From positions 1 to 52,741 of IMG/VR virus record IMGVR_UViG_3300031825_000389: 52,741 nt of DNA. One strand, 5' to 3'. Below, piece by piece: positions 26,001 through 34,785 of the stretch. The position numbers and the translations under genes are program-made. This stretch comes from a virus. Its lineage: Duplodnaviria > Caudoviricetes. Position 1 is the stretch's first letter. Each line of letters starts with the position of its first letter. The notes below the pieces were generated by a model. It saw only the letters and a program-made list of their open reading frames with translations, searched no databases and had not been told where the DNA came from.

Positions 26001-26383
26001 AGTGCGCCCGACGCGACGCCTGCGGTTGCCAGCGTGAGGGCGAGCGCCGCCACCATGACGAACGGGCTTTTCTCGCCGGAGCCGCTCTCCCCGCCCCCAC
26101 CCGGGCCGGCCGGGGCCATGTGCAGGGTGACATAGGTTGGAAGGCCGGACGCCGAAGGCTTGGGCTTAACCCAGCACCACAGCTCACGCGGGATAAGGTG
26201 GTCAGACAGGCGCACTTCGCCATGCGCTATGAAACCCGGCGGCAGCGCATCGGACATGGCCACCACCAGCTCGGCGATGGTCGGCCCATGCGTGGCAAAG
26301 AGCTGGGCGTGCCTGCCGAGGAAGGGGCTCGCGAACGACACCGAATAGACAGGAGCGCCGACAGGCGGCTGCACGTGCTTCAC
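23024..26383 (-). CDS. Tail tip/host-specificity protein (lambda J-like) with Gly-rich C-terminal domain
   Basis: 1119 aa after NlpC/P60; PLPRVFG, TSNPAHHYRDVL and RGDLVGITHD motifs. Confidence 0.85.
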   Translation of the reverse strand: MKHVQPPVGAPVYSVSFASPFLGRHAQLFATHGPTIAELVVAMSDALPPGFIAHGEVRLSDHLIPRELWCWVKPKPSASGLPTYVTLHMAPAGPGGGGESGSGEKSPFVMVAALALTLATAGVASGALAAAGGIGATLTGGLFTSAGALSALGTGIGAKFLALGIGLAGSLALSALSAPPTASPTRRGQDERGAAAAQANVMQPGGPLPRVFGTYRAYPMPFTDPFYEVIDGDEFVSLGGALAGPHLLDDIRLGDANIAEAEDIEYETREGWDDDAPLTLVTRQVRAVNVSAELSKHITNPDNPVRLKDQATPANSLPKWQTMATGDAPDQFRIRLGAPGGIGISDPSFENYWLMVPLRLQGRPRGSNTWINFPEFWISGRRQTEVRGEVIIAFTDTEPSPPTAPANRGFPLAFRSVPTQSVNPIGSGGWEAHPYFGETGSIFLDDSNPGTSGVLHTHLTTDNITFYLNPNLFPKAAWEFRIRRGAPVRKDVLSTAYVYAVATYDWFGYYITGGNASVIANDDWFSDLYVIRGQSVWNEHPVAMGGDALIAVRGKNRTIENISALASGWVPDLETGDWITTSNPAHHYRDVLAGVLNKDPLPDDLVDEDALQEWRNTCDAQGYTCDALVQGEATQDVLNMLASCGFARPTQSEVWGVFEDKDRTGEPLRQIFSSRNSTNFRWERALPRLADGWRVTWPDKAANYEDRQSIVFRPGATGSNFEDVRYRGLVTEAKVLGRANFDLAQPTARGTFYYLDTHAIAIACRRGDLVGITHDVLTKRAGSARIKSKIVSGGNITGLVLDSAVEIAAGDPGFGVVISRMDGTFSAHAIAQGEGEHTTVTLVTPVPDATVTVISGWDVQVVPAVGEGAEASLVYWGPATEETVRCIVFGIEETDDGLFALTLVDEAPELVRTAAGSFDAPGSRTLSVPGTYPIIVPNYETELVVTLVGASAGAHGISNAGTFPAGTAGGDTTFDGMVAGGSPVPADRTTGGLAGSASGGDGNYTGSAGAAPSVSASGAGGDTPGIPGSGGASVGADGDGLSGAAAGAGASGARRTISGTVYSTSGTGPGGVVIKTYAPGDLVPGTVMMVEVGAAGLPGDGNSYDGGAGRTGQARFEWS

Positions 26384-26811
26384 GCGAGGGCCTCATGACG
26401 ATGAAGGGATTGCCGGCGGGATCGGACGTGCGGGTCCAGGGCGACGGGCACGACCACAGATGAGGTGGCGGCCTCGACGTGGAGCACCTGGCGGGCATCC
26501 ACCATGACCCCGACATGGAAGGGCGAACCGCGCATCACCAGCACGTCGAATGGGCGCGCGGCGCCGGCCACCGGGAGCCATGGCGCCGCGGCGCTGGTGT
26601 TGCGGATATGGCGCGAGGCCTCGACCACGCGACGCGCGGAAATCTCGCCATAGGTGGGGAGCTCGATGCCGAGCACTTCGGCATAAACGAGGCGCGCCAG
26701 TCCCCAGCAGTCGCAGGCCGAACGGTCGCGCCCGCCGTCGAGATAAGGGATGCCGACGTAGCTGTTCGCCCACCCGGCCGGAGCCGGGAGGCGCAGAACT
26801 GGCAATGTCAT
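26380..26811 (-). CDS. NlpC/P60 tail-tip assembly protein
   Basis: YVGIPYLDGGRD..CDCWGL..HVGV..LH. Confidence 0.88.
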   Translation of the reverse strand: MTLPVLRLPAPAGWANSYVGIPYLDGGRDRSACDCWGLARLVYAEVLGIELPTYGEISARRVVEASRHIRNTSAAAPWLPVAGAARPFDVLVMRGSPFHVGVMVDARQVLHVEAATSSVVVPVALDPHVRSRRQSLHRHEALA

Positions 26812-26887
26812 GAAGCCTAGAAGCCCCCGGCGTTGATCCAGACGAGGACCGCGCCCGCGCCCGATGCGGCGACCACTGCCGCGGCCC

Positions 26888-27400
26888 TCACCGGAAGGCA
26901 CCGGGATAACGGTCCTGCGATGCGCAGCGGCCGGGATAGGTGGACTGCGTGTAGTCCCAGCCGACCACGTCGGCGGTCACGCTGCCCGCGTTCACCTGCG
27001 CGTTCACGAGAAACAGGTGGGACGCCTCATAGAAGGCGGGCGCCGTGTCGATCGGCACCCGCGGCGTCACAGACTGGTCGAAATCGTCGGCCCGCGCGAA
27101 CTGGATCAGCAGCCGCGCCGGGCCGACGATGGAGCGCAGGGCGTCGCCGATCATGCGGTCAACGTTCTGCAGCTCGATCTGTTGCCGCGGCATCGCATCG
27201 GTGTCGCTGAGCATCCCGATTTTGAAGAGGAGGCCTTGCCAGTCTTCCCCCTGCCAGGCGGCATAGGGCACCCGGTCGCTCACCACCCGGATTGGCGACG
27301 CCAGATCATCGTGCGTGACGGTCACGGCCTTGACGATGCCGTCGGCCGTCCCCGGCATGAGCAGGGCGCGCCGGAGCGCCGATGGAAGGAAACGGGCCAT
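26888..27400 (-). CDS. DUF1833-like minor tail protein
   Basis: TVTHDDLASPIRVVSD..IELQNVDRMI..YPGAF; expected position. Confidence 0.75.
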   Translation of the reverse strand: MARFLPSALRRALLMPGTADGIVKAVTVTHDDLASPIRVVSDRVPYAAWQGEDWQGLLFKIGMLSDTDAMPRQQIELQNVDRMIGDALRSIVGPARLLIQFARADDFDQSVTPRVPIDTAPAFYEASHLFLVNAQVNAGSVTADVVGWDYTQSTYPGRCASQDRYPGAFR

Positions 27401-27762
27401 CAGGGCAGCTCCCGCCACTGCATAGCGACACGGAACTTGCGGTTCGTGATCCCGGTCATCTGCCACCCCGGCTTGGGATCAAACCTCCACTCGCATGGAT
27501 CGCCGAGGGCGGGGTGTGCAAGGGAGAACGACAGGGCACCACCTCGAAGGTCTTTCCGAAACCAATCGCGGAAAATCCTGTACTGCACCTTGGAGAAGAC
27601 GAAGGTGCAGGTGGACCCCATCGTCTGCACGGTGCTGCGGCGACGGTCGATAGGCGGACCCGCCTCGGGCTGGAACGACACCACGTCCGGCTGCGGCGTC
27701 TCCTGCCACGAGCCCTGTTCGGGCTGGCATGGCAGCTCGGCGGGCCACGGGATAGCAGGCAT
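27400..27762 (-). CDS. Distal tail protein (lambda M-like)
   Basis: WPAELP..GPPIDRRRST..FRDWFRKDLRGGALSF; follows the tape measure gene. Confidence 0.75.
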   Translation of the reverse strand: MPAIPWPAELPCQPEQGSWQETPQPDVVSFQPEAGPPIDRRRSTVQTMGSTCTFVFSKVQYRIFRDWFRKDLRGGALSFSLAHPALGDPCEWRFDPKPGWQMTGITNRKFRVAMQWRELP

Positions 27763-27764
27763 CG

Positions 27765-30500
27765 TCAGCTCCGACGCACGAGGGCAGGCGGCGTGCCGAA
27801 GCGCACGCGCTGCACCTGGTCAAAGCCGCCCGACGCATAGTCGCGCTTCACCGCACCGAGGAGGACGCGCATCATCGCCTGACCATTCGGGCCGCGGGTC
27901 ATCTCCGCCTTGCCAGTCGCCGGTACGCCCGTTTGGTTGACGATCTGGACAGCCATGCCGCCGAAGCCGCCCCCGCCGCGTGGAACCGAGGGCATGTTGA
28001 CCGGCCCGCCGGCCGCGCGCCGCAGGATCTTGCCGGAGTTGATCGCGTTGAGGAACGGCTTGCCCACCCGGCGCGCGGCTGCGGCCCGCACGACATATTC
28101 GCCGTTGGATAGCGCGAAGAGGCCGGCGGTATCCGATGTGCCGGAACCTGGACCGATGATCTCGCCGCCCGTGGCCGCGCTGCCGATGCCGCCCGACGGC
28201 ACGAAGCTCGAACCCGACCCCGAACCGAGAGACCCGAGCAGGCCTCCGGACGACGACGTGCCGAACATGTTGGCCAGCGGACCCTGCCCCAGCAGAGCCG
28301 CCTGGAGGACCAGCTTGATGAGGAGCTTCAGCGTGTCGTCCAGAATGTCATTCAGGGACTGAGCGCCGGTCGCAAGATCCGTGATGCCGTTCACCAGCGT
28401 GTTTCCGGCGAGGTCGCTCAGTTCCTTGTTGGCTTCCTGCTTCTTGCGCGCATCTTCCAGCGCCACTGCGGCGCGCGCATGCGCCTCGGCCTGCTGATTG
28501 ATCGCCTCGGTGATGCCAGCGTCATTTTCGCGCCCGGCTTCCTTGGCCGCGTTCAGCAGTTCCTGCGCAGCCTTGGCGCGCTCGATTTCGTAGGTGCTCT
28601 TGCCGAGCGTCTGCGCCTCCAGCTCCAGCGCCTCGGTGCTTTTGCGCAGAGATTCCGTCTGGCGGTCGTACTCGTCCGAGGAATTGCTCTTGCCCTCCCT
28701 GGAGCGGGCTTCCTGGCCGGCAAGTTCCTTCTGGGCGAGGTCACGCGCCTGCTGGTTCGTGAGCGTGACACCGGCCTTCGCCGCCCGGGTCTGCACCTCG
28801 GCGATCTGTTTTTCGAGATCGAGCTGATCCTTGCTCAGCGCTGCCTTGCGCTCGGCATCCTTGATGAACTGCGCTCCCGCCGTGGCCATCTTGTCGTAGG
28901 CCGCCATGGAGGCGTTTTCGCTCTCGCGGAAGCTCGGAGGCGCAAGAGCGGCGATCTGCGATTTCAACGCGCCCGTGGCGGCGATAGCCTTGGCGAGCTG
29001 GTCCAGGAGAGGAGCAAGCTGATCGGCCAGCTTCTGGAAAGCCGGATTGGCATTCGCCAATGCAAATAGCGCATCTTTGGTCTGCCCGGCCGTCGACGCA
29101 CCCGTGTTGAGCTTGTCACGCAACTCTTCAAGCGAGGCGATCTGCTCTCCACTTACGATGCGCCGCGGCGCATTTTGGATAATGGTCGAGAACAGATCGA
29201 CCGCCGCCGCCTTGGCCGACACGATGGCCCGCTCGCCTTCCTTCACGCCGGCGGCCAGCTGGTTTGCGACCTGCGCGCTGATCGATGTGGTGGTCTTTCC
29301 AACCGCATCCGACGATGCCTTCGCCGCAGCCTCCACCTGTCGCAGCGCTTCAGCATAGACCTTTGCACCAGCACTGGCCTTCGTCGCCGTCGAGCCGAAG
29401 AGCGTCAGCGCAGCAACGACCGTGCCGCCAATGACGAGCCCCAACGGCCCCGCTGCGGCAGACAGGCCGCCGATGGCCGTCGCGACCCCCCCCATGGTGG
29501 CAACGGAACGCAATGCGACCACGAAGGCTTTCACCGCGGTGGTCGCGAGCCCCAATTGCACCAGCATTCCGCCAATGGCCCGGCCCACCAGCGCGCCGGC
29601 GATGATGCTCGCCAGCTGAACCACGATGTCCGCCGTCTCCTGGAAATTATCGGCGAGGGCGTTCAGGCCGGCCACGAGGCGCTGTGTGCCGCCAAGGCTC
29701 TCGTCCGTCTGGCCAATGTACTTGGTGAACGCGTTGGTGACCTTCGTCACCCCCTGCTCAATCGTTTGCGTGGAGCTGGCGGCCATCGCCTGGATCGTGG
29801 GGAGCCCCTTCAGGAAGGCCTGAAAGAACTGCTGCCCGGACACCTTGCCGTCGTTGACCAGCTGCTTCAGCTTGTTGACCGAACCGCCGGCCGCATCGAG
29901 GCCGTTCGCCACGGCGATGAGGATGGGGCGAGCACCCTCATTCACGCTGTTGAATTCTTCCGCCTGCACGCGGGCGGACCCGAGCAGTTGGCCGAGCTGC
30001 GTGAGCGAGCCGGAAGCCGCCGCAGCACCCGTGCCCGCCACCTTCAGGGCGACGGCCACACCGTCCGAGAACTTGATCAGATCCTCATTCGATGCGCCGA
30101 GATTGTCCGAGGCCTGCGCCGCCTTGCCGAACAGATCGGCGAGGGCGCCGATCGGCGTGGCATTGGCCTGTGCCGACTGATAGAGCCGCTCAAGCACCGC
30201 GACCTGCGTCACCCCCGTGACACCCGCCACAGCCAGGCTATTTTTGGCCTTGGTCCACGCGTCCGCGTAGGACAGCACTTCCTTCGCCGTCAGCGCGGCC
30301 GCGATGCCGCCAAGGGGGGCGATGAGCCCGCGCGCCATGCTGCCGCCGATGGCATTGAGGTTCTTCTCGCTTTGCTTCCAGCGGTTCTCGATCGCCCGGG
30401 CCTGACGGTTCGTCACGCCCATGGCATTCTGCAACCCGCGCTGGTACTGGTTGATGTCCGCCGATAGCTGAACAACAAGGCGTTCGAGGTCAGTGGCCAT
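27765..30500 (-). CDS. Tail tape measure protein
   Basis: 911 aa, Ala-rich; tape-measure N-domain (QLGQLLG..QAEEFNSVNE) and C-terminal GPGSGTSD..LSNGEYVV. Confidence 0.93.
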   Translation of the reverse strand: MATDLERLVVQLSADINQYQRGLQNAMGVTNRQARAIENRWKQSEKNLNAIGGSMARGLIAPLGGIAAALTAKEVLSYADAWTKAKNSLAVAGVTGVTQVAVLERLYQSAQANATPIGALADLFGKAAQASDNLGASNEDLIKFSDGVAVALKVAGTGAAAASGSLTQLGQLLGSARVQAEEFNSVNEGARPILIAVANGLDAAGGSVNKLKQLVNDGKVSGQQFFQAFLKGLPTIQAMAASSTQTIEQGVTKVTNAFTKYIGQTDESLGGTQRLVAGLNALADNFQETADIVVQLASIIAGALVGRAIGGMLVQLGLATTAVKAFVVALRSVATMGGVATAIGGLSAAAGPLGLVIGGTVVAALTLFGSTATKASAGAKVYAEALRQVEAAAKASSDAVGKTTTSISAQVANQLAAGVKEGERAIVSAKAAAVDLFSTIIQNAPRRIVSGEQIASLEELRDKLNTGASTAGQTKDALFALANANPAFQKLADQLAPLLDQLAKAIAATGALKSQIAALAPPSFRESENASMAAYDKMATAGAQFIKDAERKAALSKDQLDLEKQIAEVQTRAAKAGVTLTNQQARDLAQKELAGQEARSREGKSNSSDEYDRQTESLRKSTEALELEAQTLGKSTYEIERAKAAQELLNAAKEAGRENDAGITEAINQQAEAHARAAVALEDARKKQEANKELSDLAGNTLVNGITDLATGAQSLNDILDDTLKLLIKLVLQAALLGQGPLANMFGTSSSGGLLGSLGSGSGSSFVPSGGIGSAATGGEIIGPGSGTSDTAGLFALSNGEYVVRAAAARRVGKPFLNAINSGKILRRAAGGPVNMPSVPRGGGGFGGMAVQIVNQTGVPATGKAEMTRGPNGQAMMRVLLGAVKRDYASGGFDQVQRVRFGTPPALVRRS

Positions 30501-30831
30501 GAGGACCTTCTATTACCGGTTCAACATTCTGGGTTGGACAGGTGCCGCACTCTTTGTGCTACCGGTACCAATTGCCGCATTTTTGCTCGCGCCGACGGTT
30601 CTATCCCAAGGTGAGTCCGGATATCGCGCAGCACTGTCTATCGTAAGCGAGGGCAAGAGCGATCTAGAGGCCGTCGCCAACCACTTAGCTATGACTTTTT
30701 GGGTCGGCGCAGGCTCCGGCACATCTATGCTGATCGGACTCGTTTTACTTCTAATCGGCCGGGAAATGATTTCTAACGAGGCGGGAATTTATCAGAAATA
30801 CGAGGAAGCGCCGCCCCGACGCACTCGCTAA
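30499..30831 (+). CDS. Counter-oriented two-TM membrane protein (moron)
   Basis: 110 aa, two hydrophobic segments, lower GC, opposite strand within the tail operon. Confidence 0.65.
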   Translation: MRTFYYRFNILGWTGAALFVLPVPIAAFLLAPTVLSQGESGYRAALSIVSEGKSDLEAVANHLAMTFWVGAGSGTSMLIGLVLLLIGREMISNEAGIYQKYEEAPPRRTR

Positions 30832-31073
30832 GCGCCCTGCACGAACACCCACAGATCCTCTTTCTCGCCCGCCGTGAGCTTCTTCGCGGCCTCCGGATCG
30901 TGGTGCTTCGCGTACCCATCCAGCGCCGCCATGAACTGCCACATGCTCATGGCGTCCACCTGCTGCGGCGTGAAGCCCATCACTGCGCCAGCTCCGTAGA
31001 CGGCGGCGAGCCTGAACTTTCCGTTCGGGAGGCTGTCGAGGCGCTCCCCTGGCTCGCCGCCTCCGGATTTCCC
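30828..31073 (-). CDS. Tail assembly chaperone, -1 frameshift extension (gpT-like)
   Basis: Open -1 frame GKSGG..MGFTPQQVDAMSMWQFMAALDG starting at the slippery GGGAAAT. Confidence 0.7.
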   Translation of the reverse strand, partial: GKSGGGEPGERLDSLPNGKFRLAAVYGAGAVMGFTPQQVDAMSMWQFMAALDGYAKHHDPEAAKKLTAGEKEDLWVFVQGA

Positions 31074-31393
31074 AAGGCTTCCTCCGGGGCGCCGTAGCAG
31101 CCGCAAGAGAGCACGGCGCGGGCGATGAGCAGGCTCTCGGCCGGCGGCCGGTCCTCCACATAGGCCCGCACCTTCTTCAGGGCCGAGGCGGGCTCCATGC
31201 CCCCGCCGATGAGCCCGAGGCGGATGACATTCGAGATGTCCTCGACCCGCCACGCAACGCTGTCCAGGCGATCCAGAACCATGAGCGGCCCGGCGTCGCA
31301 GGCCTCCTGTAGCTTGGCCAGATCGCCCCAGCCGAGACGGAAGGAATAGGTCCCGTCCGCCCAGTCGAGTTCAATGCGCGCGTCGCGGGACAT
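30980..31393 (-). CDS. Tail assembly chaperone (GTA-gp10-like, gpG)
   Basis: MSRDARIELDWADGTYSFRLGWGDLAKLQEACDAGP..IRLGLIGGGM. Confidence 0.85.
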   Translation of the reverse strand: MSRDARIELDWADGTYSFRLGWGDLAKLQEACDAGPLMVLDRLDSVAWRVEDISNVIRLGLIGGGMEPASALKKVRAYVEDRPPAESLLIARAVLSCGCYGAPEEALGNPEAASQGSASTASRTESSGSPPSTELAQ

Positions 31394-31833
31394 CAGGGCG
31401 CCACCGTCCGCACCAGTTCGCCGTCGCTCTGCATCTCGACCGACATGGTGGTGCGCCCTCCCTGCTCGACGGATGGGTTCAGCGTGGCGATGTGCATCTT
31501 GCCGGTCCAGACGATCGTCTTCGTCGGGAACTCGATCTCCAGGCGCACATTGATGGAATCCTCGCTCTCCCACGCGTCGAGCCATGTCTCCACGCTCTCG
31601 GATGCGAGCACCCCCTCTCCCGAGACCTGGGCGGACAGGCTCTCGGCATCTCGCCCAACCCATGCGACCGCATCGGGATCGTCGCAGTCGGGGAGGTTCA
31701 CCTCGGACAGGTTTTTCGTCAGGGTGAGCGACTTGGACGTGAACCCGCATGGCGCGGCAAAGGTGCCGCTGCCGGGGGCCGTCTCCATCTTGATGCGAAA
31801 CTTTCCGAACCGCGCCGTGACAGGCTGGGCCAT
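31393..31833 (-). CDS. Major tail tube protein
   Basis: FAAPCGFTSKSLTL..PDCDDPD..SGEGV..MQSDGEL. Confidence 0.88.
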   Translation of the reverse strand: MAQPVTARFGKFRIKMETAPGSGTFAAPCGFTSKSLTLTKNLSEVNLPDCDDPDAVAWVGRDAESLSAQVSGEGVLASESVETWLDAWESEDSINVRLEIEFPTKTIVWTGKMHIATLNPSVEQGGRTTMSVEMQSDGELVRTVAP

Positions 31834-31869
31834 GTTACTTCTCCTGTGAGATGTATGCCGGCGCGCCGG

Positions 31870-32274
31870 CTATGCGACTTCCACGAAAGCCGTGAAGGTG
31901 AGGGCGACGTGGGCAGTGAGCCCATCCGGATCACGGATCGCGCGCGAGGTGCGGTGCTCGCAGAGGACGGCGGCGTTGTCAGCAAGGACGACGTCCGCGC
32001 CGTGGAGCGCCTTGCGCACGACACCGCCGATCTGCTTCGCATCGGTCCCGCCACCGGAGCGAGACCAGACATCGATCTGAAAGGTGATCTCCAGCCCATC
32101 GATGCACTCGGCATCTTCCGATGCAGCGTCGGCAGGGCCGAAGGACACATATGGAAAGGCCGGGCTCTCCGGTACCGTCACGTAGATGCGAGCGGCCACG
32201 AGCGTGGCAAGGGCGGTGTCGGCACGCAGCATGGCGTGTACGGCCCCTTGGACTTCCAGGAGAGCATCGGCCAT
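31870..32274 (-). CDS. DUF3168 tail terminator protein
   Basis: RIYVTVP..FPYVSFG..QIDVWSR..DPDGLTAH. Confidence 0.88.
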   Translation of the reverse strand: MADALLEVQGAVHAMLRADTALATLVAARIYVTVPESPAFPYVSFGPADAASEDAECIDGLEITFQIDVWSRSGGGTDAKQIGGVVRKALHGADVVLADNAAVLCEHRTSRAIRDPDGLTAHVALTFTAFVEVA

Positions 32275-32277
32275 CCG

Positions 32278-32769
32278 TCAGCTCCCCGCCGCCACTTTCT
32301 TCGCAGCCTCCCTGACGGCCTTCCGGATCGTCGATTTCGCCCGCTTTCTGCTCGCCCGGTAGGCGGGGAAAAAGAAGGGCTTCGCCGCCGCGCCCGGATG
32401 CCCGACGCGGGCACCCGAGAACGACTTGTTTCCGCCGCCCTTGGCGACATTGTGAGGGGCGGTGCCGAACTCCACCCAACGGGCGTAGAATGCCTTCTCG
32501 TCTCCGGCATAGACCGTGACCGTAAGGTCCTTGCCAAGCGCCGCGGCGGCCACCTTTCCAAGCGTGATCGATCCCCGTGGCGGGGCGCCCCATGTCCACC
32601 CGATGCTGGCCCGCAGGTCTCCATCCTCAATCGGGGCGAGGTTCCGGGCAAGACGGACGATCTCTTCCGCCTGCGCCTCGATCGCCGCCTTGATTTCTGC
32701 ACGCGCCACGTCCGGAAGACGCTTGAGCTTCTGCTCGAGCTTGGCGAGGCCGAGGATGGATTTTGCCAT
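32278..32769 (-). CDS. HK97-gp10-family tail component
   Basis: LAPIEDGDLRASI..FYARWVEFGT..AKPFFFPA. Confidence 0.9.
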   Translation of the reverse strand: MAKSILGLAKLEQKLKRLPDVARAEIKAAIEAQAEEIVRLARNLAPIEDGDLRASIGWTWGAPPRGSITLGKVAAAALGKDLTVTVYAGDEKAFYARWVEFGTAPHNVAKGGGNKSFSGARVGHPGAAAKPFFFPAYRASRKRAKSTIRKAVREAAKKVAAGS

Positions 32770-33113
32770 CAGGTCGCAACCCCGCTGCGCCCGAGCATCT
32801 TCACAAATGCCCGACTTCCGTCCGGATCGAAGGGTGGCGCCACCAGCGCGAACATTTCGCCGCTGTGCACGTCGATCACCCGCCACGCGGACGTGATGCG
32901 TGCCGTCGCCGCAAAGCGCCGCACGGTGATCTCGACCGGCTGGATGCCGGAAAGCCGCGCCGCCAGAACCTGCTCGCCGCCGGAGCGCGCGAACACCTCG
33001 GCCGAGGTGGTGAATTCCTCCTGCCATATGGTCACGGCATCGCCATAGCCGTCCGGCTGTGCCTGCGGGCTCTCGAAACGCAGGCGGCGCGTCAGCTTGC
33101 CGGATGGCGTCAT
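32769..33113 (-). CDS. Head-closure (head-tail adaptor) protein
   Basis: GKLTRRLRFE..DGYG..GEQVLAARLSGIQPVEITVR. Confidence 0.85.
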   Translation of the reverse strand: MTPSGKLTRRLRFESPQAQPDGYGDAVTIWQEEFTTSAEVFARSGGEQVLAARLSGIQPVEITVRRFAATARITSAWRVIDVHSGEMFALVAPPFDPDGSRAFVKMLGRSGVAT

Positions 33114-33115
33114 GA

Positions 33116-33622
33116 TCAGGCCGAGGTTCCAAGGATGATGATCTCGTATTCGACGGCCGTGCCGGCGCCGCCGTTCAGCACCTTCACCTGGTCCCCGGTG
33201 CCCGCGGTCACGGTCCACCCGGTGTTGGGCGCGACCAGCAGAAGCGTCCCGCCGGGCTTGACGGCCAACGTGTGCGCCGCTGCTCCGAAGGGACCGACGA
33301 AGGCATTGGCCGCGGCATTGCCGAGCACCACGTCATTGACGTTGGTGGCGGTCGCGCGGACGAAGATCGCCTTGACCTTGACGAAGGTAACGGTGGCGCC
33401 GCCCGGATCCGTGAGGCTCCCCGCAAGATCGAGGTTCTCGGAGGCCGAGGCCGCGAGCGTGCGAACATCCGACCACAGGCGGTCGGCCTTTCCGTCCGTC
33501 GTTCCGTCCTGAAAGGAGATCACCTTCGACCCGGTGTCCGCCTCGATGAGGCGTCGCCACGGGGCGTCGACCACGGCGTCACGGGCGCGCACGCCGGCAT
33601 AGATGTCAGCGGAGACGGTCAT
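33116..33622 (-). CDS. Putative virion structural protein
   Basis: 168 aa, beta-rich (ENLDLAGSLTDPGG..FVKVKAIFV); inside the head-tail block. Confidence 0.7.
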   Translation of the reverse strand: MTVSADIYAGVRARDAVVDAPWRRLIEADTGSKVISFQDGTTDGKADRLWSDVRTLAASASENLDLAGSLTDPGGATVTFVKVKAIFVRATATNVNDVVLGNAAANAFVGPFGAAAHTLAVKPGGTLLLVAPNTGWTVTAGTGDQVKVLNGGAGTAVEYEIIILGTSA

Positions 33623-33794
33623 TTGGCTTTTCCTCAGGCTTGGTGGTGGGGGCCGCCGCCCCGGCGGTGATGGCGTCCGCCGCGCAACGCCGCCGCACGA
33701 ACAGCACGGCGCCGGCGGGATAGACGATGGTGACCTGGCCCTTGCGCTCCGGAGGGTTCCAGGGGAACTGCCGCAGGAAGTGGACCCAGGGCAT
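33606..33794 (-). CDS. Small phage protein
   Basis: MPWVHFLRQFPWNP..YPAG..VRRRCAADAITAGAA. Confidence 0.65.
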   Translation of the reverse strand: MPWVHFLRQFPWNPPERKGQVTIVYPAGAVLFVRRRCAADAITAGAAAPTTKPEEKPNDRLR

Positions 33795-34348
33795 CAGACG
33801 CCGCGACGGTAGTTGCACAGCAGGCTGTCGACGGTCGTCCATGTACCGGCCGGAGCCGGCTCGCGGTTCGTGAACGCATCGTCAATCCACAGCAGCATGG
33901 CGTGCACCACAGGGGCGGGGGTCACAGCGAACCCCGCCTCCAACGTCACCATGATCCGGGAGCCCTGCTGGATCGCCGGCCACTGGACGCCATAGACCGG
34001 CATGATGGCCGGCTCCGTTCCGTCTTCGTCTCGGTTCACCAATTCGTAGCTCACGTCCGGCACCGTCTGGGGCGCACCGGCCGTGTCCGTGTAGATAAGG
34101 GACGCGACAGCGGAGACGGGCGCGACGGGCACGCGGCAGAGGTCCGAGAAGCTGGTGCAGGACAGCGCCACGGCCCGGGTACCGAAATAGAGGCCACACA
34201 CCTTCTCGACGTGCTGGCGCGACACGGTGATGAGCAGGGTCAGCTTGTCGTCGAAGTCAGTTTCGTCCGCCAGCAGGTTGCACTGCCGGCGCGCCTGTTC
34301 GAGCGAGACGGGCTCGGCCGGCGTCGCGACGGAAATGAAGCGCCACAT
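33794..34348 (-). CDS. Head-tail connector (gp6-like)
   Basis: EPVSLEQARRQC..PAPVVHAMLLWI..NRE..LLCNYR. Confidence 0.88.
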   Translation of the reverse strand: MWRFISVATPAEPVSLEQARRQCNLLADETDFDDKLTLLITVSRQHVEKVCGLYFGTRAVALSCTSFSDLCRVPVAPVSAVASLIYTDTAGAPQTVPDVSYELVNRDEDGTEPAIMPVYGVQWPAIQQGSRIMVTLEAGFAVTPAPVVHAMLLWIDDAFTNREPAPAGTWTTVDSLLCNYRRGV

Positions 34349-34734
34349 CAGCCGGCCGCCTTCGCCTTGGCGGCCTCGATCTCTGACTTCAGCCGAGCGA
34401 TGCCCCAGCGCTTGTCCACGTCGACGCCGAGGGCCTCGGCCCCCACCTGCAGCGCCGCCTTGTCGTCGGCTTCGGCTGTCTCGCTGGCCGGGACGGGCGG
34501 CACCTCGCCTTCGGCAGCGGGCGGGTCAGGCACGGCGCTCGGCTCGGCCGTCCAGTCGAAGACGATCTCGCCTGCCTGCACCCGCGCCGCCGTCTCAGCC
34601 TCACCCGTTATCACCACCGCGTAATCGGCCTGCACGAGCCGCACCGCCTCTTCGTCGCCGAAGCGCTCGGTCAGCTCGCCTGGCGCCAGGGCGAAATCCA
34701 CCCCCGCCATGCTCACCAGCATCCTGATTTTCAT
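34348..34734 (-). CDS. Hypothetical head-associated protein
   Basis: MKIRMLVSMAG..EAVRLV..LGVDVDKRWGIARLKSEI; directly after the capsid gene. Confidence 0.75.
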   Translation of the reverse strand: MKIRMLVSMAGVDFALAPGELTERFGDEEAVRLVQADYAVVITGEAETAARVQAGEIVFDWTAEPSAVPDPPAAEGEVPPVPASETAEADDKAALQVGAEALGVDVDKRWGIARLKSEIEAAKAKAAG

Positions 34735-34785
34735 GGGATCAACCTTCGGGAGGAACGGCGGGCACCGAAGCGCCCGCCGCCTACG

